Shown here: piece by piece, positions 23,801 to 33,471 of the stretch
Numbering within the stretch: the stretch's first letter is position 1
Layout of the letters: each line of letters starts with the position of its first letter
Source of the DNA: Bdellovibrionales bacterium
GTDB lineage: Bacteria > Bdellovibrionota > Bdellovibrionia > Bdellovibrionales > UBA1609
Length of the DNA stretch: 64,000 bases
Assembly: GCA_965261545.1 (NCBI GenBank)
Contig: CBDHDF010000007.1
Location: forward strand, 224,001-288,000
Direction of reading: 5' to 3'
Notes under the pieces: model-generated
The model's database searches: none
The model's input: only the letters and a program-made list of their open reading frames with translations
Told to the model about the DNA's origin: nothing
Made by a program: the position numbers and the translations under genes

Positions 23801-24898
23801 TTAAGAGAATTCTTTGTTGATTTCAGTGAGACAGGAGTCGGGGGTGGCAAGGTCCTTTTCAGAAAGGTGAACCAAGGGTTTTGAAGGAAGGTTGAGGGAC
23901 GAGAGATAATCTTTTTTTTCGGGATTCCAGTAAATGAGTCCCGTGAGGATTTTTAACTGATCCTGTGCTTTGCGTAGAGACTCCATGGCCCCCATGGGGT
24001 CTTTGTAATTATGGGAGGAGCAGCCATCCAGTTTCTTAAGCCACATCTGGCTTCCATCGTGAAGCGTGACGACTTCTGTTTCCCCTTCTTTATAATTCAC
24101 AGTCACTTCCTCTTGAGGTTGAATAAAACCCAATTCTTGAAGATGCATATTGTGCTCCTTCACGTAACTATAGCTTTTTGTGGAGCCCTCGTGGTTGGCA
24201 AATGCAATACAGGGGGAAATGACATCAATAAAGGCTGTGCCCCTATGGCGCAAAGCTGCTGAAATCAATGGAACCAGCTGCTTGCTGTCCCCTGAAAAGG
24301 ATCTGGCCACAAAACTGCATCCCAAGCCAATGGCCATGGAGCACAAGTCCAGTGAAGATAAGAGGGAAAAAGCACCTGATTTCAATGTGGAGCTTTCATC
24401 GGCTGTGGCCGAGAACTGCCCCTTGGTCAAACCATAAACACCATTATTTTCGGTGATATAAACCATGGGTAGATTGCGGCGAATGAGGTGGACAAAGCCA
24501 CCCAGGCCAATGTTGGAGGTGTCTCCATCCCCTGAGATTCCAATGATGGTGAGGTCTTGGTGAACCACCTTGGCCCCTGTACTTACAGGAGCCATTCGGC
24601 CATGGAGAGTGTTGAAGCCATGGGATTGCTTGAGGAAGTAGGCTGGCGTTTTCGAGGAGCAGCCAATTCCTGAAAGCTTTGCGACCTTCAAGGGGTTGAT
24701 ATGGGACTGATAAAGGGCTGAAATGAGGTGAGATGTGACACTGTCGTGACCACAACCTGTGCACAAAGTCGAGGCGAGCCCCTTGTAGTCTGATTTTTGG
24801 AGTCCCCATTGATTGGTGGAGCTGTTGGTAGAGTTATTGTTGGTAGGGCCATTGTTAGTGGAGCTACTATGGGTGGAATTTGTGGGCCTGTATGTCAT
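23801..24898 (-). CDS. 2-oxoacid:ferredoxin oxidoreductase beta subunit
   Basis: LCTGCGH, SGIGCSS, GDGD TPP motif, NNGVYGLTKGQ. ATGA overlap with the alpha subunit stop. Confidence 0.93.
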   Translation of the reverse strand: MTYRPTNSTHSSSTNNGPTNNNSTNSSTNQWGLQKSDYKGLASTLCTGCGHDSVTSHLISALYQSHINPLKVAKLSGIGCSSKTPAYFLKQSHGFNTLHGRMAPVSTGAKVVHQDLTIIGISGDGDTSNIGLGGFVHLIRRNLPMVYITENNGVYGLTKGQFSATADESSTLKSGAFSLLSSLDLCSMAIGLGCSFVARSFSGDSKQLVPLISAALRHRGTAFIDVISPCIAFANHEGSTKSYSYVKEHNMHLQELGFIQPQEEVTVNYKEGETEVVTLHDGSQMWLKKLDGCSSHNYKDPMGAMESLRKAQDQLKILTGLIYWNPEKKDYLSSLNLPSKPLVHLSEKDLATPDSCLTEINKEFS

Positions 24899-26763
24899 TT
24901 TGACCACCCTCCTTGATCGTAAAGAGTTTGGGCTGTGAGAGGTTGGCCATCGTACTGGCGAAGAGAGTGGAATTTATGGTGGTGATGGGGAAATTCTTGA
25001 GTGAGAATACGAAATAACTGTCCATCCACATTTTGTTCCACCACGTAAACTTTATCATGTTGCTCCAAAAAAGATTCGCAATCTTTTGTGAGAGGCAGGG
25101 CTCGAAGGCGCATAAAATTCATTCTTTGATGCTCACGAACTTCTTCAATGGCCAACCAAGTGGAACCAAAAGAAATGATTCCCTGGCGGATTTTTTTTTG
25201 GAATTTTATCACAGGTGGGGGGAGAGAGGTCTTTGCTCCTCGAATCTTTTTTTGAAGGCGCTCCAGGAGTCTGGCATAGTTTCTTGGGTTTTCCGAGTAT
25301 TCAGCCTTTTCATTGTGGCCACTTCCCCTTGTAAAGTAGGCGGCTCGGTGGTCGAGAGTTCCGGGAAGCGTACGGTAGGGAATGCCGTCATCGTCTACGT
25401 CTCGATAGCGTTCAAAGTTGGTCCATGAATGGACCTCTGAATTGGCCCGTGAATGAACTTCTGAATGGGTCCGTGAATGGACCTCTGAATGGATCCGCAC
25501 ATTTAAATCCTTCTCTCTGAGAACTTTACCTCTTTGTATTTTTTGTGGAAAGGCCCTCAGGGGATCACTTACCCATGGGTTCATTCCCAAATCCAAATCA
25601 GATAATACAATGACCAAAGTTTGAAACTGCTCTGCCAGGTCAAAGGCCCATTGTCCAAAATCGTAGCAGTCCTGGAGTGTCCCCGGCAAAAGGACAATAT
25701 GCTGACCGTCGCCATGGGACATATTGTAGGCCATACTTAAATCACCCTGCATGGTACGGGTGGGAAGCCCCGTGGAGGGGCCGGCTCTTTGAATTCCCCA
25801 AATCACAGCCGGGATTTCAGCAAAATAGCTGAGGCCAGCGGCCTCACTCATGAGAGAGAGGCCCGGGCCCGAAGTGGCGGTTGTGGCCCTGGCCCCACTC
25901 CAGCCGGCTCCCAAAACCATAGAGATAGCACTCAATTCATCTTCGGCTTGAATGACGGCAAATGTGTTCTTGCCATCCTTATCTTTTCTATATTTGTGAG
26001 CGTAAAGCTCAAAGCTCTCAACCAGGGAAGTGGATGGAGTGATGGGATACCAGGAGAGAAACTGACAACCTCCCTGGATCAAGCCAAGAGCCCCTGCTGT
26101 GTTTCCACTCATAAGAATTTTGTTTTTGTTTTTTTCACATGGAGGAGGAAGGCGTTTGGAAGTTTTAATTTTCTTATCCTTATCACACACAAATTTTCGA
26201 CCCACCGCCAAGTACTTTTTGTTGACATGAATAAAGTTGGGTTTGGATTTGAACTGGTGATCGACAGCCTCGTCGAGAATATCTTCATCTATATTTATCA
26301 ATTCGGCAAGAACTCCCACATAAACCATATTCATAAGAAACTTTCGAAGTTTTATGGGGGCTTCTCGAACCATTTTTTTCAAGGGGATTTCTATGGATGC
26401 TTCAAGGTTTTTGGGTATTTTGTGGCTTCGGAGTGTTTCTAGGCTTCTAAGTCCTACGACATTGGGAGGCACCTTAAGGTGAGAGCTATAAATAAAAATA
26501 CCATCTTGGGACAATTTTTGAAAATCTTCTTCCCAAGTTTTTTCGTTGATGGCCACCACCACATCATAGATTTCTTTGAAGGAGGCGCAGCCCTCATTTT
26601 TGGCTCGAATGGAAAACCAAGTGGGCAAGCCTGCAATATTTGAAGGGAACAAATTCTTAGCGCTCATGGATAAGCCCGATTTAAAAAGGCTTCGTACAAG
26701 AATTTGATTGGCTGATTGGCTCCCGCTGCCATTGACAGTGGAAACAAGGATGTTTAAGTCCAA
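24895..26763 (-). CDS. 2-oxoacid:acceptor oxidoreductase alpha subunit (gamma-alpha fusion)
   Basis: NGSGSQSAN, WYPITPST, QAEDEL, TATSGPG, QRAGPSTGLPT. Confidence 0.93.
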   Translation of the reverse strand: MDLNILVSTVNGSGSQSANQILVRSLFKSGLSMSAKNLFPSNIAGLPTWFSIRAKNEGCASFKEIYDVVVAINEKTWEEDFQKLSQDGIFIYSSHLKVPPNVVGLRSLETLRSHKIPKNLEASIEIPLKKMVREAPIKLRKFLMNMVYVGVLAELINIDEDILDEAVDHQFKSKPNFIHVNKKYLAVGRKFVCDKDKKIKTSKRLPPPCEKNKNKILMSGNTAGALGLIQGGCQFLSWYPITPSTSLVESFELYAHKYRKDKDGKNTFAVIQAEDELSAISMVLGAGWSGARATTATSGPGLSLMSEAAGLSYFAEIPAVIWGIQRAGPSTGLPTRTMQGDLSMAYNMSHGDGQHIVLLPGTLQDCYDFGQWAFDLAEQFQTLVIVLSDLDLGMNPWVSDPLRAFPQKIQRGKVLREKDLNVRIHSEVHSRTHSEVHSRANSEVHSWTNFERYRDVDDDGIPYRTLPGTLDHRAAYFTRGSGHNEKAEYSENPRNYARLLERLQKKIRGAKTSLPPPVIKFQKKIRQGIISFGSTWLAIEEVREHQRMNFMRLRALPLTKDCESFLEQHDKVYVVEQNVDGQLFRILTQEFPHHHHKFHSLRQYDGQPLTAQTLYDQGGWSK

Positions 26764-26779
26764 GAGTCACTTTTCCTCT

Positions 26780-27517
26780 CTATTGATCTAAATGGATGTT
26801 GCTTTTGTAAGCATGGGGGTTGATGCTTGTTACCCACCCTTTATAATTTTCATTGATGTTTTTAATATTGTCGGGTTGTTGCACGGGGCCTATGTGGATG
26901 GTGATTCTTCCAGGCTGAGGCCACTTTCCCTTGGGCATCACCTTGTCTGTTCCCTCCAAGTATAAAAAGAGAATGGGCGTTTGAGTTGACTCTGAAAAAA
27001 GGCTAATTCCCTTTTTAAAATCGTGAATATAGCCATCTTTAGAGCGAGTTCCCTCGGGGTAAATAAGCATCCAAATGTAGTCCAAGCTTGATAAGAGAGA
27101 GGTGCATAGCTTGATGCTCTCACTTTTTTTTTCTTTGCGATCTATGGGAATGGCTCCGAGACAGTGGGTGGAGAAAAAGGTAAAAAGGGGGTTTGAGAAC
27201 CAATAGTCCTTGGCCGCACATATGTAGAGGTGAAGCCAGTATTTAAAAGGTATGGCGGCTGTGATGCAGGCGGTGTCCAAGTGGCTGGAGTGGTTGGATA
27301 TCACCAAGAGTCGGGGGAACTTCTTGTGTACCTCGTGGAAGTTACCAATCACATCCATTTTAATATAAAATCTAAAAGCCATTTGCTTTAGAAAAAACCA
27401 CCACATACAACGTAGAACCCAGCTTGTAAGGTCAAAGTGACGGGTGAATAAAGGCAAGTGTTTGAGGTGGCTGGGGAGCCTTGTCCACTGTTCGTTTTCG
27501 TAATTCCACATCTTCAT
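26780..27517 (-). CDS. 1-acyl-sn-glycerol-3-phosphate acyltransferase (PlsC family)
   Basis: NHSSHLD (HX4D), YPEGTRS. Confidence 0.9.
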   Translation of the reverse strand: MKMWNYENEQWTRLPSHLKHLPLFTRHFDLTSWVLRCMWWFFLKQMAFRFYIKMDVIGNFHEVHKKFPRLLVISNHSSHLDTACITAAIPFKYWLHLYICAAKDYWFSNPLFTFFSTHCLGAIPIDRKEKKSESIKLCTSLLSSLDYIWMLIYPEGTRSKDGYIHDFKKGISLFSESTQTPILFLYLEGTDKVMPKGKWPQPGRITIHIGPVQQPDNIKNINENYKGWVTSINPHAYKSNIHLDQ

Positions 27518-27577
27518 ATTGATGATCTCGCTGATTAAAAAATAATATAAACGCTCATCTAGTCATCTAGTTTTATC

Positions 27578-28549
27578 TTACAATATAAATTGGCCCTTTA
27601 GTAAAAGCAGGACATAGTAAAAAGCAGGACCTATAAAAATAAGCTTATCCAAAATAGAAAGTATGTCGTCCCTTCCAATAATAAAGGGGCCACGGTAGTC
27701 TTTGAGACCCAAATCTTTACGAAGAGTGGCAATAGACAAGACACCAAGGCGACCAAGGATACTTACGATAAGTGCTGCTGTGATCCAGTAGATAGCATCT
27801 TCAGAGGGCAAGAGGTGCCGGAGAGCCCAAGCAAGACCCATTGTCAAAGCAAAGGCTGCGAAAAAACCCTCTAAGGTCAGGCGAGGGGCGACCTTCAAAA
27901 GGGGCTTCTTTTTCTTAATATGATGAACCCAGGAATTGAACAATCTTAGGGTATTTTCGTTGAGTTCAGAAAGAATGTAGAGATACATAATGATGTAAAT
28001 CCCATGGGACATTTTAAAAATAAGACCAAAATGCATGATAGACCACCCAAAAAACATAAAGGCCAACAACGCGAGAGCAAGGTACTGGAGAGTGTGTGCA
28101 AAGGAGTTTTTTATGATGGGTATTGTCGTAAGAAAGAGCAAATAAATCATTGGTAGTAGGGGAATGAGTTGATGAAGTTGTTGGTGTATGCAGTAGGCCA
28201 TCAAAGCAATAAATAAATAGCATGTCATCACAAAGTAAGTACGGTGATATATTCCCACCATGCGAAAAAAAGTTTTTGCAGAATACATGGCAATAAGAGT
28301 GAGGATGATGATGGGGTAGGGAGGTGGTAAACCCGCCGCAAACAGAGTGATGGGCGTGACAAAAAGCCAACTCTTCAGGCTCACCCATGCGTAAAGCAGT
28401 TTTGGTCCTTTTTTGCGAAAAAAGAACAGGCAGGCACTGATAGAAAATAAGAAGAAAAAAATGAGAAATGATGTTTCTAGGAAGAGAGTTTGAAACCAAT
28501 ACAAACCCGAAAAGTTATTCATAGCGATGACCACCGTGATGATTTTCAC
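27578..28549 (-). CDS. Phosphatidate cytidylyltransferase-like membrane protein (CdsA family)
   Basis: Multi-TM, APRLTLEGF, KDLGLKD, ILSILDKL (degenerate CDS signature). Adjacent to plsC. Confidence 0.75.
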   Translation of the reverse strand: MKIITVVIAMNNFSGLYWFQTLFLETSFLIFFFLFSISACLFFFRKKGPKLLYAWVSLKSWLFVTPITLFAAGLPPPYPIIILTLIAMYSAKTFFRMVGIYHRTYFVMTCYLFIALMAYCIHQQLHQLIPLLPMIYLLFLTTIPIIKNSFAHTLQYLALALLAFMFFGWSIMHFGLIFKMSHGIYIIMYLYILSELNENTLRLFNSWVHHIKKKKPLLKVAPRLTLEGFFAAFALTMGLAWALRHLLPSEDAIYWITAALIVSILGRLGVLSIATLRKDLGLKDYRGPFIIGRDDILSILDKLIFIGPAFYYVLLLLKGQFIL

Positions 28550-29888
28550 TCAACGACTTCCACTCAATGGAGTGGTCTTTGATTTTTCTATAGAGAGTTG
28601 AACGAGACACTTTTAATATTTCAGAAGCTTCATCGATATCATTGGTTTTATAAAGGCATTCTTCAATGACTTCCCCTTCAAAACGATCCACTATAGTTTG
28701 AAGTCCGCAGTGAAAGTCCGCCTTAGTTTTAAGATGCATGGGAGGGGAGGAGTGAGGAAGAACCCTTGCAACATCTTCCATGCGAATCATGGGCAGGGGT
28801 GACTCTGCCAGAAGTTGCTCACATATTCTTTTGAGTTCACGTACATTGCCCGGCCATGAATAAGAGCAAAGTTTTTTCATGGCTTCTGGGCTGAAATATT
28901 TTTTTCGCACCTTGTCGAGGCTGAGGAAGTGCTGGGTGAGTTCTGGAATATCTTCGGAGCGTTCTCTGAGAGGGGGTAGATGAATTTTTTTTCCGCAGAG
29001 TCTCCACAGAAGGTCTTCCCGAAATTTTCTCTCCCTTACGAGGGCTTCTAAGCTTTTATTGGTGGCCACAATGACTTGGGCTTTCACTTCAAGCCCCTCC
29101 TTGGCTCCCACTCGACGTACCTCTCCACTCTCCAAGAATCTAAGGAGCTTGACTTGCATGGGCAAGGAAAGGGCTTCGATTTCATCAAGAAAAAGAATTC
29201 CACCATGGGCTGCCTCAGCCAATCCCATTTTATTTCGATCCGCTCCCGTGAAGGCTCCCTTCACATGCCCAAAAAACTCCGACTCAAAAAGGCTTTCAGA
29301 AATGGCCGCCACATTGACTGAGATCATAGTTTTTCCAGGCTTGAGGCTGTGCATGAGCCCCGCGACAACTTCTTTTCCTGTTCCAGAATCCCCTTCGATG
29401 AGGATGGGGCCCACCTCTCCGCTAAAGAGGGCCACTTTTTGACGGATATTTTCAGAGGTGGGGCTGCTTCCCACCCAGCCAGTGAAAGTTCCCTTGCGGC
29501 ATGTGGCCTGGCGTAGAAGAATCAAGCTCTCCACTTGATCCAATGTGAGTTTGGCTTCACCAGCACTTAAAGGCTTTGCCAAAAATCTTGACGCACCTTT
29601 TCTGAGAGAGGACTCCATGACGTCTCGTGTTAGGTCCCCAGACATAGCCACAATCTCCATATGGGGTTCTCGTCTCCTCAATTCTTGAATCACCTCCAGC
29701 CCTTCTTTTTTTGAAAGGTTTCCAGAAAGATGTATATCCACAAAAGCGGCATGAAAGGTCATGGAAGAAAGGTTTTTTCCACTCAGTGCCCCATGCATTT
29801 GCCATTGACTGGGAAGAACTAGCTTTAGAGAGTCTAAGATAAGGGGGTCATCTTCAACGACCAGAAGTTTGAACTGACAAGCTTCCAT
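28515..29888 (-). CDS. Sigma-54-dependent response regulator (NtrC/AtoC family)
   Basis: Receiver domain, GDSGTGKE, GAFTGA, WPGNVREL, Fis-type HTH. Confidence 0.95.
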   Translation of the reverse strand: MEACQFKLLVVEDDPLILDSLKLVLPSQWQMHGALSGKNLSSMTFHAAFVDIHLSGNLSKKEGLEVIQELRRREPHMEIVAMSGDLTRDVMESSLRKGASRFLAKPLSAGEAKLTLDQVESLILLRQATCRKGTFTGWVGSSPTSENIRQKVALFSGEVGPILIEGDSGTGKEVVAGLMHSLKPGKTMISVNVAAISESLFESEFFGHVKGAFTGADRNKMGLAEAAHGGILFLDEIEALSLPMQVKLLRFLESGEVRRVGAKEGLEVKAQVIVATNKSLEALVRERKFREDLLWRLCGKKIHLPPLRERSEDIPELTQHFLSLDKVRKKYFSPEAMKKLCSYSWPGNVRELKRICEQLLAESPLPMIRMEDVARVLPHSSPPMHLKTKADFHCGLQTIVDRFEGEVIEECLYKTNDIDEASEILKVSRSTLYRKIKDHSIEWKSLSENHHGGHRYE

Positions 29889-31078
29889 AGGCGAGTCCTA
29901 TAGCCTTTCTTCCCCAAAAGCAAGAACTACAATCAAAGAACAGAAATTCCCGCCGAGCTTGAAAAAACATTGAAATTCCTCCAAATCTCAGTGTGAGAAT
30001 TGCACTGCATCGAATAAGGTAAACCTCCCCGTCTTCGCCATTTAGAGGCGAATGTCCAGACTTTAGTTTAGGGCAAATACGTTAAACTCTTTGGGGCACT
30101 TTGAGAAAAATGGCTGCTCATGATGTGTCGAAAACATCTGAGGCAGCAATGGGCTTAATCCCATAAGCCATTATGGCGAGGAGTTCGCCAATTTTTAAAG
30201 TATAGGGTATGGAAATACCCCCTCATATGATCCCATAGATAAGATAGTCTCCTCTCTTTTTCTACCGCCTTTTGAAACAATTTACAGGCTAAATGTTGAA
30301 GTTGGTCCACTAAAAATACCAGCATCATAATCACGGCTAAATTGTTACACAAATTTTGCTTGCCGTGGCCAAAATTGTGCTCAAAGTTGTAACCCAAATT
30401 CTTTAACGTATTAAATGTTTCATTTTCTATCTTCCAGCGTGCTCTTCCCCCCCCTCATTATTTGCATTATGTTGTCTTCGTTGATCTCAATGTCAGTCAC
30501 CCAGCTAAAGTGCTGAACCTTACCGTTTGCTTTCGTTTCTTTGTATTCAATAAAATTCGGGTGTGCTAACGATATACTGTAGTATTTATGCAGCCACGGG
30601 ATACCCATATTGATCAATTTTTTGCCAGAACTGACCCCATCGACAGTCCGTATGGCTTAAAGATCGTAAAGAAATGACAGAAGCTGCTCCTTTCTCTTTC
30701 CACCTCATCCCAGAATTGCAAAGCCTTTGTTTTATTAATGTCTTACATGCTGCCTCTGTAACACCTGAGCCAATTGGAAGATTATTCTCCTGATTTTGTG
30801 CATATCTCATTTTAGACTTATTATTCTCAAAATATGTAATGGCAGACACTAACTCCCCTTTCTTGGCTTGACTCAGTCGATGAGTGTCTTTAAACCCCTT
30901 GAGCTCATTGAGTAAGCGGGTCGCTGCCCCTATATTATGCTTAAGCTTATGACATGCGTTATCAAGCCACTCCTTACGTTCAGATTTTTTCTTGTCACCA
31001 GCAAACATAGCCCCCGCAGCCCTCCCCAAGTACTCTGATGCATGCCAAAAATCAATGGTCTGATTATCTGTTTTACTC

Positions 31079-32793
31079 GTAACTATTCAGGGGGTGCTGC
31101 ATTAATTCGAACAATTTTTTTAAAAAAAGTATAAAAATTCTTGACAAGTTTTTGAAGCAAACGACCTCTTTCATTTGTTCTTTATCGAATATGTTCCTGC
31201 ATATGGCTTAAACTCTCTGAGAGCCATAGTATTGAAAGATTGTGAAACATAGGTCGCGGGGGGCACTTCTCATTCCTTTTGCTTCTTAGAACGAATCCTA
31301 GTGCATTTTTTTTAATGAAAAAAAGGCATGTTAATATTTTCATAAGGTAAGTATGAAAATAGAAAATATTGACGTGTCTTCAGCCATAAATAAAATCAGG
31401 AAGCTTCTTAAGAAAGAGAAGTCCCTTTCTCCCGCTTTTATTGTGGCCATTGAGTTGTTGATCAAAATCATCACTATTCTAGTAAATCAAAAAAAATTAA
31501 ATAGTCAAAACAGTAGTATTGCCCCTTCTCAAGATCCGAATGGCCCTAAAAAGAAACCTAAGGAAGAAACTGGTAAGAAGCCAGGAGGACAACCCGGACA
31601 CGAAGGAGCTACTTTAAAACCCGTGGATACTCCAGACAAGGTGGAGTTCATTTCTATTAATAAAGAGGAACTTCCTCCAGGTGATTACATTTCTTCTGGA
31701 GTTGAAAAGCGTCAAGTATTTGAGGTAGACCTTTCTGTGCATGTCACGGAGTATCAAGGAGAAATCCTCGAAGACCAAGATGGGAATCAGTGGGTTGCAG
31801 GTTTTCCAGAAGGAATCAATAACCCAACTCAATATGGCCCTTCTGTGAAAGCTCACTCAGTTTATATGTCCCAGTTTCAGTTAATCCCTCATCTTCGAGT
31901 CGCAAGTTACTTTAATCAATGGGGTCTATCGCTTGCTGGATCTACGGTACACAATTTTAACAAATCTGCCTTTGAGGCTCTGGAAGCTTTTGAGGAGTGG
32001 GCAAAGGAAACTCTTCTGAACTCACCTTTGATTCATGCTGACGAAACTGGAGTGAATGTTAATGGGAAGAGGCTGTGGTTTCACCTCTTGTCCAATGATA
32101 CTGTGGTTCTCTATCAGGTGGACGAAAAAAGAGGCGCAGAGGCTATGGATCGCATGGGAATTCTTCCAAAATACACAGGGATTGTTTGTCATGACCATTG
32201 GAAACCTTATTATACATATACTTCCTGCATTCATGCCCTTTGCAATGCGCACCATTTAAGGGAGCTTCAAAGAGCTTGGGAGCAAGATGATCAAAAATGG
32301 GCAAAAGAAATGAAGTCTCTTTTAGAGACAATAAACAAAGAGGTGCACGATACGCAGAACCAATGCCTTTCACAAGACCGAATTGAATATTACAAAGAGA
32401 AATATCGAAATATTCTCTTCGAAGGGGAAAAGGAATCTCCATTAATGGAGAGGACAGAGAAAAAAAAGAAGGGAAAGGTTAAACAATCCAAATCTAGAAA
32501 TTTACTAGATCGACTGAGAAACTTTGAAGATGATACCTTGCTCTTTATGAAGGACCCCATAGTTCCATTTACGAATAATATAGCAGAAAATGATCTGAGA
32601 ATGACCAAAGTTCAGCAGAAAATATCTGGGTGCTTTCGTTCGTTGATGGGAGCCAAGACATTTTGTAGAAACCGAAGCTTTCTCCTGACTTGCCAGAAAA
32701 ATGGCATAGAACCTAAAGATGCTCTAAATATGCTATTTCAAGGAAAACTTCCCTCATTTATGACTCGAATTCGCCCACCCCCTGAATAGTTAC
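31079..32793 (+). mobile_element. IS66-family element (single-ORF ISBst12 type), intact
   Basis: 18-bp IR GTAACTATTCAGGGGGTG; 8-bp TSD TTTTACTC. Confidence 0.95.
31353..32789 (+). CDS. IS66 transposase TnpC
   Basis: NSQNSSIAPSQD, PGGQPGHEG, HADETG, CNAHHLREL, FTNNIAENDLR, KISGCFRS. Confidence 0.95.
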   Translation: MKIENIDVSSAINKIRKLLKKEKSLSPAFIVAIELLIKIITILVNQKKLNSQNSSIAPSQDPNGPKKKPKEETGKKPGGQPGHEGATLKPVDTPDKVEFISINKEELPPGDYISSGVEKRQVFEVDLSVHVTEYQGEILEDQDGNQWVAGFPEGINNPTQYGPSVKAHSVYMSQFQLIPHLRVASYFNQWGLSLAGSTVHNFNKSAFEALEAFEEWAKETLLNSPLIHADETGVNVNGKRLWFHLLSNDTVVLYQVDEKRGAEAMDRMGILPKYTGIVCHDHWKPYYTYTSCIHALCNAHHLRELQRAWEQDDQKWAKEMKSLLETINKEVHDTQNQCLSQDRIEYYKEKYRNILFEGEKESPLMERTEKKKKGKVKQSKSRNLLDRLRNFEDDTLLFMKDPIVPFTNNIAENDLRMTKVQQKISGCFRSLMGAKTFCRNRSFLLTCQKNGIEPKDALNMLFQGKLPSFMTRIRPPPE

Positions 32794-33471
32794 TTTTACT
32801 CTTTAAATAATCCCAATTTGACTTGGTTCCATCTGCAATACCAATATAGGTAGACTTAGGGTGTCTCTCTTTTACCTGAGTCAACTCCTTCTCAAATCTT
32901 GAATAAAATTTACCCTTACCATACTCTGGTGTTGCTCCTACTTGAATCGTATGCATGCGACTTCCCTTATTGTCATATAAACTAATTGTTCCCACCATGG
33001 CTTCTCGCCAACCATCTTCAACCATTAACATACAAGTGCCGTCTACTCCTACAGCAACACTATTCACCTTCTTGGGCATAGAGGGAAGATCATAGCTCCA
33101 TGATTCATCCTTTGCTAAAGCAACAGCTCCAACCGCATCACAAAGGTGCTTTAAGTAAGGTCTAGATATATTTCGACCATGACTCTCCTTCAAATCAAAA
33201 AGAACACGACTAGAACCCATATCTGAATATTTACTTGTAACCCATTTAGAAAAACCGGGTGTTGAAGTTAGAATAATTCGTGCATCCCTTTCCAATGGGC
33301 AAAACTGACGACCACCCTTAGAGCTTTGATAAACATGACGCTCTACATCGACTTCTCCCCACATTGTTTGGTAGGTCTTATTAACTCTACCTCTAGAAGT
33401 TAACTTACTGTCTCCTATAACAATTGGTGATCCATCTGCATCAAATCGACGTAAAGCTGATTGGGTAGCTA

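Noticed and set aside
10444..29805. Numerous short ORFs overlapping housekeeping genes
   Set aside because: They are antisense or alternate-frame shadows of well-supported genes.
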